Both the position numbers and the translations under genes were made by a program. From an uncultured Candidatus Rokubacteria bacterium (GTDB lineage: Bacteria > Methylomirabilota > Methylomirabilia > Rokubacteriales > CSP1-6): 64,000 bases of DNA. Below the pieces are notes generated by a model that saw nothing but the letters and a program-made list of their open reading frames with translations, searched no databases and was not told the origin of the DNA. Positions 40,152 to 49,924 of this stretch are shown here, one piece after another; positions within the stretch are counted from its first letter, which is position 1, and every line of letters begins with the position of its first letter. Location: positions 628,990 to 692,989 of the forward strand of contig CAVWFS010000008.1 of the NCBI GenBank assembly GCA_963754315.1, in the 5' to 3' direction.

Positions 40152-41893
40152 TCAGGGCGCGCGCTCTGTCCGGACGGCCGAATCGGGCGGCGGGTATTCC
40201 AGGCGCCCTCGCATCTCCGCAATCCGTTCGGGTCGGTAGTTGGGGAAGGGGAGATCGCCCTTGTCACGCCAGCCCTTGACGGTGGCCGTGGCCGTCTGGG
40301 CCTTCTCGCGATCGAGGCCAGGGTCCCGGGCGAGATAGGTCGTGGACGACGGAAAGGCGATACGCGTGCCGCCGGCCTCGATGACGTCCATGATCCGTAA
40401 CAGCAGATCTTCCTGGACCTCGAGGAATCTGTCGGGATTGCTGGTGAGCACGTGCGCTGAGATTTCGAGCTCGAGCGACGAGGTCCCGAAGCGGACGAAT
40501 CGGATACTGGCAGACTGACTATCCACCATCGGATGCCCGTAGAGCAGGCGGCGGATCTCGGCCAGGACGTAGCGGAGCGGCTCGGGGCCAGTCTCGTACC
40601 TGAGCCCGATGGTCTGCCGGAACGCGATCCGGTCGCGGAGGCCGAAGTTCTCCACGTTCGCGGTCGCCGTCTGCCCGTTGGGGATACTGACCACGGTGCG
40701 GTTGGCAGTCCGGAGGCGCGTCGAGCGCAGGCCGATGTCCTCCACCACCCCGGTGACGTCGCCAATCTTGCACAAGTCCCCGACGCGAACGGGCTGGTCG
40801 AAGATGATCGTGATACCGCCGAAGAAGTTCTCCAGCGTTTTCTGGGCGGCCAGGGCCACGGCGATCCCACCGATACCGAGGCCGGCCAGCGCCGCCGTCA
40901 GGTTGAAGCCAGCAAGGAAAAAGAGCGCGAGCCCGGCAGCCAGAGCCACCATCACCTTGGCCACGCGCCGGAGGAGCTGATTGACGGCGAGACGCCCGGT
41001 CTGGGCTCCGGCGAGCAGACGGGTTTCGGTCAGGTGCGCCGCGATGTCGACGAGCCGCAGCAGGAACCAGGCAAAGCCAACGATCGCGGCCGCCACCGCG
41101 ATGCGATGCCAGAAGACGCGCGTGAGCACGGGGAAAGCTTCGAACGATGCCAAGACGGCAATGGCCAGAGCCCCGGCCAGGAGGCGAAGGGGTCCCGTCG
41201 CGGCAGTCGACTCTTCCTCGGCACGCTCCCGGGTGACCCTGAAGAGTGCCGCTCGCAGAAGCTTGGCGAGGAGGCGACTGAGCAACCACGCGAGGCCCAG
41301 GACGAAGGGAATGCCGAGGAGGAGAACGATCCACTGCCCGGCGCTGATGTCGAGGATGCGGACCTTCCGCCAGGAATCCGGCATCACCCGCTCGATGTAC
41401 AGGAGGCCCAGCTCGCGGTGCAGGGTGGGCACGTTGGTGAGCGTCCGAGGAGAGAAGAGCCAGACGAGCCGGTCGTCGCGAGAGACGCGCTCCAGGAAGA
41501 TGTCCGTCGAGTCTCCCCCCGCAGCACGCGTTCGACATTCGGGGGGAGATCGCTGTCCAGACGGCCCTCCGGCTTCGCGCTCAGTAGATCGAAGTCCGTT
41601 GCCGACAATCGACGGTCGAGCACATCCTTGAGCTGGCGCGCCAGTTCCCGCGCCGCCTTCGGTGCGGCTCGGGTGTCCAGATATTGCGCGGCCCGCTCAT
41701 AGTTCTCGCTATCGACGGCCTTGATGAACCCCAGGACCGTCCCGCGGGGTGTGTCCCGGCCGAGCGGATCGGCCGCAGCGGCTGGCGCCTCGGTAGTGGA
41801 CTTAGGTGGGGTCTGAGGAAAGGCTTGGCCCGTGGCCAGGGCAGGCAAGACCAGGCTCAACACGAACACCACGACGTTCGGCATCGACCGCAT
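40152..41893 (-). CDS. mscS: MscS-family mechanosensitive channel with periplasmic N-domain; frameshift in the G-run near 41518
   Basis: DPLGRDTPRGTVLGF, AGLGIGGIAVALAAQKTLEN, GVVEDIGLRSTRLRT, IAFPS. Confidence 0.87.
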
Positions 41894-41944
41894 CGCACCC
41901 TCCATTCCGCTCGATCATAACCACCCGCCCGTCCCGGCCCTCCT

Positions 41945-42383
41945 TTCGAGGCCCCAAAACCTAGCGTGTATCCGAGGGCCGCCACGGGTGTCCCGGGGCA
42001 GGCCGAGCGTGGGGGGTTTGGGGGCCCTTTCGAGCCCCCAAAACCTAGCGTGTGACCGAGGCCCGCCACGGGTGTCCCGGGGCAGGCCGAGCGCGGGGGG
42101 TTTGGGGGGCCCTTCGAGGCCCCAAAACCTAGCGTGATCCGAGGGCTGCCACGGGTTTCCCGGGGCAGGCCGAGCGCGGGGGGTTTGGGGGCCCTTCGAG
42201 GGCCCCAAAACCTAGCGTGTGACCGAGGTCTGCCACGGGTTTCCCGGGGCGGGCCGAGTGCGGGGGGGCTTGGGGGGCCCTTCGAGGGCCCCAAAACCTA
42301 GCGTGTGATCCAGAGGGCCGCCACGGGTTTCCCGGGGCGGGCCGAGTGCGGGGGGGCTTGGGGGGCCCTTCGAGGGCCCCCCA
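41945..42383. repeat. Tandem array of five ~84-bp palindromic REP-like units
   Basis: AAAACCTAGCGTG recurs with CTAG at 41961, 42045, 42129, 42212 and 42298; each unit ends in a GGGGCCC(T)TTCGA(G)GGCCCC-type hairpin. Confidence 0.92.
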
Positions 42384-42386
42384 TGT

Positions 42387-43220
42387 TTATGGATTGCTGG
42401 TACCCTGTCGCACCTTCAGGTAGAGGCGGGCGATCTCAGCCTCGTCAACGGGCGCCGATAGGCTATAGACCGCGTTGCCCTGCTTCCACAGCGCGGTCGA
42501 CACGTCCTGCTGGCGTCTCAGTATCGGACGGTAGGGCCCCACGGGTGTGCCGCGCTCGCGCGGAATGCTGACCTCCGGAGCTCGGACGATCAGGAGGGTG
42601 ACGAGGCGGTCATTGGGGTCCCGGAACACGAGAATGGCGCCCGGATGGCCAAGGGCGTGGGTCGGCGTCACCGAGACGAGCCGGAGCTGAGCGTCCCCCA
42701 GGAAAGCAGTGGTGGTCGGAACGCCAAGGCGTTGCTGGATCTCCGTCACCAGGCGGTCGACGTCGGCCTTCTCGCTCGCGGTCAACTCCGCTCGGAGCAC
42801 GCCTCGACGATGCCCCGCCAGCGCCTCCGCGAGGGGCACCGTCAGCGGATCAGGCTGCCGGGGCCTCGCGATGATGAGCGAGATCGCCGCCAGGACCAGC
42901 AGCATGGCCGCCCCGCCCAGGGCGGCGGCCACCGCAGACCGCCGCAGCGCGACGAGGAGCGGACGATGCCAGCGAACCGCTCCGGCGGCCCTCTCGCGCG
43001 CGATCACATCGTGAACTGCCTGCCGCAGTTCGGACGGCGCGCTAGCTTCGAGCCTCGTCTCGGCGAGGCGCTGGTCGAGCAGACGGTCGGCCTCCAGCTC
43101 GGCCGAGCAGTCAAGGCAGCCCGCGAGATGCGCGCGCACGGCCTCGGCTTCCGCCTCGTCGAGCTCGCCCCGACGGAAGAGCGCAAGGCGAAACCGGATG
43201 TCGGCGCAGTCGTCCGTCAT
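42387..43220 (-). CDS. Anti-sigma factor (zf-HC2, transmembrane)
   Basis: C..HLAGCLDC (HxxxCxxC) and a TM helix; directly downstream of an ECF sigma. Confidence 0.85.
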   Translation of the reverse strand: MTDDCADIRFRLALFRRGELDEAEAEAVRAHLAGCLDCSAELEADRLLDQRLAETRLEASAPSELRQAVHDVIARERAAGAVRWHRPLLVALRRSAVAAALGGAAMLLVLAAISLIIARPRQPDPLTVPLAEALAGHRRGVLRAELTASEKADVDRLVTEIQQRLGVPTTTAFLGDAQLRLVSVTPTHALGHPGAILVFRDPNDRLVTLLIVRAPEVSIPRERGTPVGPYRPILRRQQDVSTALWKQGNAVYSLSAPVDEAEIARLYLKVRQGTSNP

Positions 43221-43230
43221 GGTGTGGGAC

Positions 43231-43755
43231 TCATCGGGGAGCGTAGTCCTTCAAGAGCGTTCTGAGGGCTCGGCGAGCCCGGAAGACACGAGACTGAACC
43301 GTCCCGATAGGCACTGCCAGGATTGCCGCTACCTCCTCCCAGGTCCATCCCTCCACGTCTGCCAGCACAATGGCCGTCCGGTACGCCTCGGGCAGGGTGG
43401 CCAGCGCGCGGGTGATATCGCCGCGGACGAGGCTCTGCACCCGTCCCAGCTCTCGGTCTCCGAAGAATGCGGTGGCGTCGTCGGCCTGCTCGCCCGGCTC
43501 GGGCGTGTCACCCCCGGGCAAACGCTCTCGCCGCCGGCGCTGACGGAGATCGAGGAAACGATTTCGTGTAATCCGAAATAGCCAGGCCCGAAGATTTGTT
43601 CCCGGCGCAAACTGATCGCGTGATCGAAGGGCCAGGACAAAAGTGTCCTGAACGAGGTCACGCGCTTCCACATCGCTGCCGGTGAGCCACCGCGCGAACC
43701 GGTAGAGCGGATCGAGGAGACCCAGCGCTTCCTGCTCGAAATCGGGCGCAGCCAT
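43231..43755 (-). CDS. ECF RNA polymerase sigma factor
   Basis: ARDLVQDTF, NLRAWLFRI, LPEAYR..IGTVQSRVFRARR. Confidence 0.92.
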   Translation of the reverse strand: MAAPDFEQEALGLLDPLYRFARWLTGSDVEARDLVQDTFVLALRSRDQFAPGTNLRAWLFRITRNRFLDLRQRRRRERLPGGDTPEPGEQADDATAFFGDRELGRVQSLVRGDITRALATLPEAYRTAIVLADVEGWTWEEVAAILAVPIGTVQSRVFRARRALRTLLKDYAPR

Positions 43756-43829
43756 GCTAGATGGGTCGTGTCACTCCGTCATCGTGGCTGGGAGACGGCC
43801 CCGCTAGTGTACCCCGGTACGCCGGAGAA

Positions 43830-44534
43830 TCAGCGAATGACGAAGAGGTCGGTCAGCGAGGCAATGACGTGGTCGGGACGGGCGGTGCTTCCGGGCGGGA
43901 GACCCGTCCGAGCGCGGTCGACCCACACGCCGGCGATGCCGACGCGCCGGGCCCCCTCCACATCGAAGTCGAGGTTGTCTCCTACCATGCAGGTGTGGCC
44001 GGGCTCGGCGCCAAGCGCGTCGAGAGCGTGGCGATAGACCGCCTCGTCCGGCTTGCCGGCGCCGAACTCGCCTTCGATAACCATGACGTCGAAGTAGCGG
44101 GCCAGGTCGTGGCGCTCGATCTTGTAGCGCTGCTGGCCCGCGTCGCCGTTGGTGATGAGCCCGAGCGGGATTCCCTGGGCTCGCAAGCGCTCCAGGGTGA
44201 GGCGGGCTTCGGGAAAGAGCTCCATCACCTGATGACGATCGGTCGCAAAGCGCGTGGCGACGGCCCCGGCCAGCTCGTCACTGGGGGCGCCCAGGCCATT
44301 CAAGGCATGAGCGACGATCCGTTGCCAGGCTCGCGGCATATTGATGCGCTCCTGCCGGTGACGGCTCGGGTCCTCCCACAGCCAGCGGCGCGAGTGACCG
44401 AGGGCGGCGATCAGAGCGTGAGGATCGACCCGCCCGTCGGCGCAGCACGCGTGGACCGCGCGCGCCCAGCTCTCGTCCACCTTGCCCGAGTAATCGAGCA
44501 AGGTATCGTCGAGGTCGAAGAGCACGACGTTCAC
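43830..44534 (-). CDS. HAD-superfamily hydrolase
   Basis: LFDLDDTL, LITNG, GKPD, MVGDNLDFDV. Confidence 0.9.
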   Translation of the reverse strand: MNVVLFDLDDTLLDYSGKVDESWARAVHACCADGRVDPHALIAALGHSRRWLWEDPSRHRQERINMPRAWQRIVAHALNGLGAPSDELAGAVATRFATDRHQVMELFPEARLTLERLRAQGIPLGLITNGDAGQQRYKIERHDLARYFDVMVIEGEFGAGKPDEAVYRHALDALGAEPGHTCMVGDNLDFDVEGARRVGIAGVWVDRARTGLPPGSTARPDHVIASLTDLFVIR

Positions 44535-44646
44535 GCGGCCAGTGTACCCCAGGCGCTGCAGAACCATTCCGCGATCGGCCACACGCGGAAGAGCGACGCG
44601 AGTTGAGATATGCTGGCGCGCGCAGGGGTCGAGGAGGACTGGGGCG

Positions 44647-45693
44647 ATGATCGAGACGGTACCCGTGCGCGACATCCATCGGTTCGACGAGGCCGCGCTC
44701 GCGCGCTACCTGGAAGGGCACGTGGAAGGTTTTCGCGGGCCGCTCACCGTTCGCCAGTTCCAGGGCGGCCAGTCGAACCCGACGTATTACCTCGAAGCCG
44801 GGGGACGCGAGTATGTCCTGCGCCGCAAGCCTCCGGGCAAGCTGCTGCCTTCCGCCCACGCCGTCGACCGCGAGTACCGGATCATGACCGCCCTGGCCGG
44901 GACCGGTGTGCCGGTGCCGCGCACCTACTTCTACTGCGCCGACGAGGGAGTGGTGGGGACGGCGTTTTTCCTCATGGATTGCGTCCACGGGCGCGTGTTC
45001 ACTGAGCCGATCCTCCCCGGTGCCACCGCGACCGAGCGTGCGGCCATCTACGATGACATGAACGCGGTGCTGGCGCGCCTGCACATGGTCGACTGGACAC
45101 CGCTCGGCCTTGCCGATTTCGGGCGTCCTGGCAACTACTTCGCGCGCCAGATCCACCGCTGGACGTCGCAGTACAGGGCCTCGGAGACGGAGAAGATCGA
45201 CGCGATGGAACGCCTGATCGCCTGGCTTCCCGAGCACATTCCCTCCGCGGACGAGACGACGGTCGTCCACGGCGACTACCGGCCGGGTAACCTCATCGTG
45301 CACCCGACGGAACCGCGCGTGGTGGCCGTGCTCGATTGGGAGCTGTCCACCTTGGGCCATCCGCTTGGCGATCTCGCCTACAACTGCATCCCCTACCACT
45401 TGCAAGACATGGGGGAGGGCTTCTACGGCCTCGATCGTTCGGCGCAGGGCATCCCCTCTGAAGAGGAGTACCTCGCCGCCTACTGCCGGCGCACGGGGCG
45501 CACGACCATCCCGGACTGGGACTTCTACCTCGCCTTTGCGCTCTTCCGCATCGCCGCCATCTCGCAGGGAATCATGGGGCGGGTGGTGGCAGGGACGGCC
45601 AACGATCCCAACGCGCGCGAGCGGGGCGAGCGCGCGAGGCCGCTCGCCGACGTCGCCTGGCGCCTCGTGGAGGGAGCCGAGCCCAGTCGCTGA
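44647..45693 (+). CDS. APH-like phosphotransferase (ACAD10/11 kinase-domain type)
   Basis: QFQGGQSNPTY, LRRKPPGKLLPSAHAVDREY, HGDYRPGN, LDWELSTLGHP. Confidence 0.9.
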   Translation: MIETVPVRDIHRFDEAALARYLEGHVEGFRGPLTVRQFQGGQSNPTYYLEAGGREYVLRRKPPGKLLPSAHAVDREYRIMTALAGTGVPVPRTYFYCADEGVVGTAFFLMDCVHGRVFTEPILPGATATERAAIYDDMNAVLARLHMVDWTPLGLADFGRPGNYFARQIHRWTSQYRASETEKIDAMERLIAWLPEHIPSADETTVVHGDYRPGNLIVHPTEPRVVAVLDWELSTLGHPLGDLAYNCIPYHLQDMGEGFYGLDRSAQGIPSEEEYLAAYCRRTGRTTIPDWDFYLAFALFRIAAISQGIMGRVVAGTANDPNARERGERARPLADVAWRLVEGAEPSR

Positions 45694-45711
45694 GGGGAGG
45701 GCGGCGCGCCC

Positions 45712-46920
45712 TCAGAAATACTTGCGCAGCTCGAGGCGGCCGATCTGCCGGCGATGCACCTCGTCGGGCCCGTCCGCGAAGCGCAAGGTTCGGGAGTGGG
45801 CCCACCAGAAGGCCAGCGGGAAGGCCTGACTCACTCCGCCCCCGCCGTGCATCTGCATGGCCCGGTCGACCACGCGCAGGGTCATGTTGGGGACCGCGAC
45901 CTTGATGGAGGCGATGGCCTGCTTGGCGGCCTTGTTGCCGACGGTGTCCATCATCCAGGCGGCATGGAGCACGAGCAGGCGAGCCTGATCGATCTCGATG
46001 CGCGACTGGGCGATGCGCTCGGTGGTGATGTCGTTGTCGCTCAGGCGCTTGCCGAACGCCACGCGCTCGTGGGCGCGCTTGCACATCAGCTCGAGGGCTC
46101 GCTCGGCCACGCCGATCTGCCGCATGCAGTGATGGATGCGGCCGGGGCCCAGCCGGCCCTGGGCGATCTCGAAGCCCCGGCCCTCGCCGAGCAGCATGTT
46201 GGAGGCGGGGACGCGCACGTTCTCGAAGAGCACCTCGCCGTGCCCGTGGGGAGCGTCATCGTAGCCGAACACGGTGAGCATCCGCACGACCTTGATGCCC
46301 GGCGCGTCGCGGGGCACCAGGATCATCGACTGCTGCTTGTAGCGGTCGGGATTCTTGGCGTCGCTCTTCCCCATGAAGATGAGGACCTTGCAGCGCGGGT
46401 CACCGATTCCGGACGTCCACCACTTGTGGCCGTTGATGAGGTAGTGGTCGCCCTCGCGCCGGATCTCGGACTCGATGTTGGTCGCGTCCGATGAGGCCAC
46501 CTTGGGCTCGGTCATGGCGAAGGCCGAACGGATCTTGCCCTCCAGCAGCGGTTCCAGCCACTGCTTCTTGTGCTCGGCTGTGCCGTAGCGTTCGAGGACC
46601 TCCATGTTCCCGGTATCGGGCGCCGAGCAGTTGAAGATTTCGGGAGCGATGGGAGAGCGCCCCATGATCTCGCACAGGGGAGCGTAGTCCAGGTTGGTGA
46701 GACCGGCCCCCCGCTCGCTCTCGGGCAGGAAGAGGTTCCACAGGCCGCGTTCGCGCGCCTTGGCTTTCAGCTCCTCCATGATGGAGGGCACCTGCCAGCG
46801 CGTCGACTGGCCGTTCAGCTGATCCACGAACGTCTGCTCGTTCGGGTAGATGTGCTTGTTCATGAAGTCGACGAGCTGTTCCTGGTACATCCGGGTCTTC
46901 TGGGAGAACGCGAATTCCAT
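45712..46920 (-). CDS. Acyl-CoA dehydrogenase (ACAD10/11 type)
   Basis: [51 protein letters not shown]. Confidence 0.92.
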   Translation of the reverse strand: MEFAFSQKTRMYQEQLVDFMNKHIYPNEQTFVDQLNGQSTRWQVPSIMEELKAKARERGLWNLFLPESERGAGLTNLDYAPLCEIMGRSPIAPEIFNCSAPDTGNMEVLERYGTAEHKKQWLEPLLEGKIRSAFAMTEPKVASSDATNIESEIRREGDHYLINGHKWWTSGIGDPRCKVLIFMGKSDAKNPDRYKQQSMILVPRDAPGIKVVRMLTVFGYDDAPHGHGEVLFENVRVPASNMLLGEGRGFEIAQGRLGPGRIHHCMRQIGVAERALELMCKRAHERVAFGKRLSDNDITTERIAQSRIEIDQARLLVLHAAWMMDTVGNKAAKQAIASIKVAVPNMTLRVVDRAMQMHGGGGVSQAFPLAFWWAHSRTLRFADGPDEVHRRQIGRLELRKYF

Positions 46921-47001
46921 GACCGATCTCCTCGGGGCGCGCTTGGGACCGTCTGCACTCTACGTCAGCGCGGAAAGCCGCGTCAATGGTAGGCTCGGGC
47001 C

Positions 47002-48270
47002 ATGCGACGCGCGGTGCTCGTTGTCTGCGATAGCCTGCGACGTGATCTCATCACCCCCGCCAATGCTCCCACCTTGGCTGCCCTCGCCGAGACCTCGGCC
47101 GACTTCTTCAACAGTCGCGGTGTCTTTCCCTCGGTGACCCGGGTGACCTCGGCCTGCATCGCGACCGGCTGCTGGCCGGCCTCCCACGGCCTGCTTGGCA
47201 ACACCATGGTGCTCGACGAAGGAGACGGGCTCGTCTGTCTCTCGGTGGCCAAGCCCGAGTTTCGCGAGCGGATGCGCCGCGCCACCGGCGGCACCTTGCG
47301 TCGGGCGACCCTGGCCGAGCGCCTGGCGGCTGCGGGCGGCTCCATCGTGATGTCGAACGTGTCGCCGGGTGCCGCCTACTTCCAGGACCCCGACGGTCAC
47401 GGCTGGGTCTACCATCGGTCAGGTTCATTCGCGCCCGGCCTGGTCCCGGTGCCGCCGGGAGACCAGCTCGCGATCGAGCAGGGCAACGCCGGTGATGCTG
47501 CCATGACCGACCGGTTCTGTGAGGACGTGCTGATCCGGCGACGCCCGGCCCTCGCGGTGTTGTGGCTCTCGGAGCCTGACTTTACGGGCCATCGCGCTGC
47601 CCTCGGCTCGCCGGCGCACCGCGCCGCCATCGCCGGCGCCGACCGCTGCGTGGAACGCGTGCGGGAAACGCTGGACGCGCTCGGCGATGGCGACGATGCT
47701 CTGCTGATCGTCTGCTCGGACCACGGCATGGAGACGACCGGGCGCACAATCCACCTCGACCAGGCCCTGGTTGATGCCGGCCTCAAGGCCTCCCTCGCGT
47801 CGCGCGATGTCGTCGTGGCTCCCAACGGCACGGCCGCCCTCATCTCACGCTCGCAGGCCGCCCGGACGACGGTCGAGGATCTCCGACGATTTCTGCAGGC
47901 GCAGGACTGGGTGGCCCGCGTGCTGACGGGCGTCGAGCTGGCGAAGCAGGGGCTACCGACCGACGAAGCTTTGGCGGTGGCGGTCAGCATGCGCGCCGAC
48001 GACCGACCGAACGAGTTCGGCGTGCGGGGCTTCAGCGACATCGTGTTCGATCCCGAGGCGACCCTCGACTACACGGGCTGCGGACAGCATGGCGGGCTCG
48101 GTTCCAACGAGCAGCGGCCGTTCCTGTTCGTGCGCGGCGGCGGATTCGCGCCCGTTTCGCGCATCAATGGGAGTGTCACGCCGATCGACATTGCCCCCAC
48201 CGTGCTCCACCACCTCGGGTTGCCCTGGGAGGGCATGGACGGCCGGCCGCTACCACCGCGCGCGAAGTGA
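47002..48270 (+). CDS. Alkaline phosphatase superfamily (NPP/phosphodiesterase type)
   Basis: VCDSLR, FPSVT, EPDFTGH, SDHG, QHGG, DIAPTVL. Confidence 0.85.
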   Translation: MRRAVLVVCDSLRRDLITPANAPTLAALAETSADFFNSRGVFPSVTRVTSACIATGCWPASHGLLGNTMVLDEGDGLVCLSVAKPEFRERMRRATGGTLRRATLAERLAAAGGSIVMSNVSPGAAYFQDPDGHGWVYHRSGSFAPGLVPVPPGDQLAIEQGNAGDAAMTDRFCEDVLIRRRPALAVLWLSEPDFTGHRAALGSPAHRAAIAGADRCVERVRETLDALGDGDDALLIVCSDHGMETTGRTIHLDQALVDAGLKASLASRDVVVAPNGTAALISRSQAARTTVEDLRRFLQAQDWVARVLTGVELAKQGLPTDEALAVAVSMRADDRPNEFGVRGFSDIVFDPEATLDYTGCGQHGGLGSNEQRPFLFVRGGGFAPVSRINGSVTPIDIAPTVLHHLGLPWEGMDGRPLPPRAK

Positions 48271-48295
48271 CGATACGCGATGCCGTAGGGTATCT

Positions 48296-48775
48296 GTGAC
48301 CGAGGACGAAGCGCTCGTGATTCTGCGTGGACCCGACGCGACGGCCGCGCGCCGCGCGGAGGCCGAGCTGTGGGAACTCTGGTGTCGGGCTGGTGTGCCC
48401 GCGATCGACCAGATGTTCGCCAAGGGTGTGGAAGCGCTTGAAGGGAGTCGGCTCCCCGAAGCGGAGACGACGTTCACCCAGGTCATCGAGCGCTTGCCGA
48501 CGTTCGCCGAGGGCTGGAACAAGCGCGCGACCGTACGGTACCTGGCCCGAGACTTCACGGGAAGCATCGAGGATTGCCGGGAAACCCTCGCCCGGAAACC
48601 TCACCACTTCGGCGCCCTGTCAGGACAGGGGCTCTGTCATCTGGCCCTCGGTCAATCGCGCGAGGCCGCTCGGATGTTCCGCCGCGCCCTCGAGGTGCAT
48701 CCCCACCTGGCGGCGGTGCGACAGAACCTGATCGCGGCAACGGGTGAAACGGTGAAAGGCAACGGGAGCCCGTGA
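48296..48775 (+). CDS. TPR-repeat protein
   Basis: FAEGWNKRATVRY..PHHFGALSGQGLC. Confidence 0.8.
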   Translation: MTEDEALVILRGPDATAARRAEAELWELWCRAGVPAIDQMFAKGVEALEGSRLPEAETTFTQVIERLPTFAEGWNKRATVRYLARDFTGSIEDCRETLARKPHHFGALSGQGLCHLALGQSREAARMFRRALEVHPHLAAVRQNLIAATGETVKGNGSP

Positions 48776-48798
48776 GCGGCTGCCCCCGAGGCTTCGTC

Positions 48799-49806
48799 TC
48801 ACCGCGGCGATAGTTCGAAGACGTCGGCCAGAAGCTCGTAGGAACGGACACGCGCTTTGAAGTCGTGGGTCATCGTCACGACCACGAACTCCTCCGTGCC
48901 GTACTCCGCCCCGAGAGCGAGCAGCCGCTCGCGTACCTGTTCGGGAGCGCCCGCGATGGTCCGTTGCCGGGTATGCTGAATGATCGCCAGATCGCGGTTC
49001 GTGTACGGATAGGCCTCGGCCTCTTCCACCGAGGGGTAGGGCCCGAAGCGCCCCGTGTACAGGCGAAGCAGGAATAGGTCGCGGCTCTTGGCCAGCCGGC
49101 GGGCCTCCGATTCCGTGTCGGCGCACAGCGCAAACACCGCGACGTTGGCGCGGGGGGTCACGAGGGTGGGCGAGGGCTGGAAGCCCTCGCGATAAGCGCG
49201 CATGACGTCCGCGCCGCCCTCGGTGCTGATGAAGTGCGCAAAAGAGAACGCCGCCCCGAACTGAGCGGCGTAGATCGCGCTGGCATCGCTCGAGCCAAGG
49301 AGCCAGATCTCGGGGACGGTCGGGCCCATCGGCATGGCGTGCACACCAGCGAACGGGTGACCAGGCGGGAGCTGATTCTGCAGGAAGCCGATCAGATCGC
49401 TGATCTGTTCGGGGAAGTGTTCGATGCCGAGGGCTCCTGGGCCGTGACACAGGGCCCGCGCTGTGCGCTGGTCGCTCCCCGGGGCGCGGCCAATCCCGAG
49501 GTCGATGCGCCCCGGGAAGAGTGTCTCCAGCATGCGGAAGTTCTCAGCCACCTTGAGGGCGCTATAGTGACTGAGCATCACGCCGCCCGAGCCCACACGC
49601 AGGTGGGGGGCCCGCGCCGCAACTTGCCCGATCAAGATCTCCGGGCTGGAGCCGGCCAGGGCGGCGCTGGAGTGGTGCTCGGCCAGCCAGTAGCGGTGGT
49701 AACCCAGGCGATCCACGATCTCGGCAAGTTGCAAGGTCTCGTGGATGGCATCGCTCGGGCTGCCCCCACTCCTGATGGGAGACTGGTCGAGGACGCTGAG
49801 GGTCAT
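48799..49806 (-). CDS. LLM-class flavin-dependent oxidoreductase (YhbW-like)
   Basis: LSVLDQSPI, YWLAEHH, GSGGVML, GRIDLGIGRAPG, WLLGSS. Confidence 0.9.
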   Translation of the reverse strand: MTLSVLDQSPIRSGGSPSDAIHETLQLAEIVDRLGYHRYWLAEHHSSAALAGSSPEILIGQVAARAPHLRVGSGGVMLSHYSALKVAENFRMLETLFPGRIDLGIGRAPGSDQRTARALCHGPGALGIEHFPEQISDLIGFLQNQLPPGHPFAGVHAMPMGPTVPEIWLLGSSDASAIYAAQFGAAFSFAHFISTEGGADVMRAYREGFQPSPTLVTPRANVAVFALCADTESEARRLAKSRDLFLLRLYTGRFGPYPSVEEAEAYPYTNRDLAIIQHTRQRTIAGAPEQVRERLLALGAEYGTEEFVVVTMTHDFKARVRSYELLADVFELSPR

Positions 49807-49924
49807 CGCGTCGATCATATGGTATCCAGCAACAAGAAGTCTGATAAGAGGGAAGCGTGATTCATGCGAAGCTATGGACCGAAGGGGCGGTGTCACGTCG
49901 AGCCGCCGCGTGGAGAGACACCCG

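Noticed and set aside
41945..42383. Possible CRISPR array
   Set aside because: Units are similar along their full ~84 bp with no unique spacers, and no cas genes are in the window.
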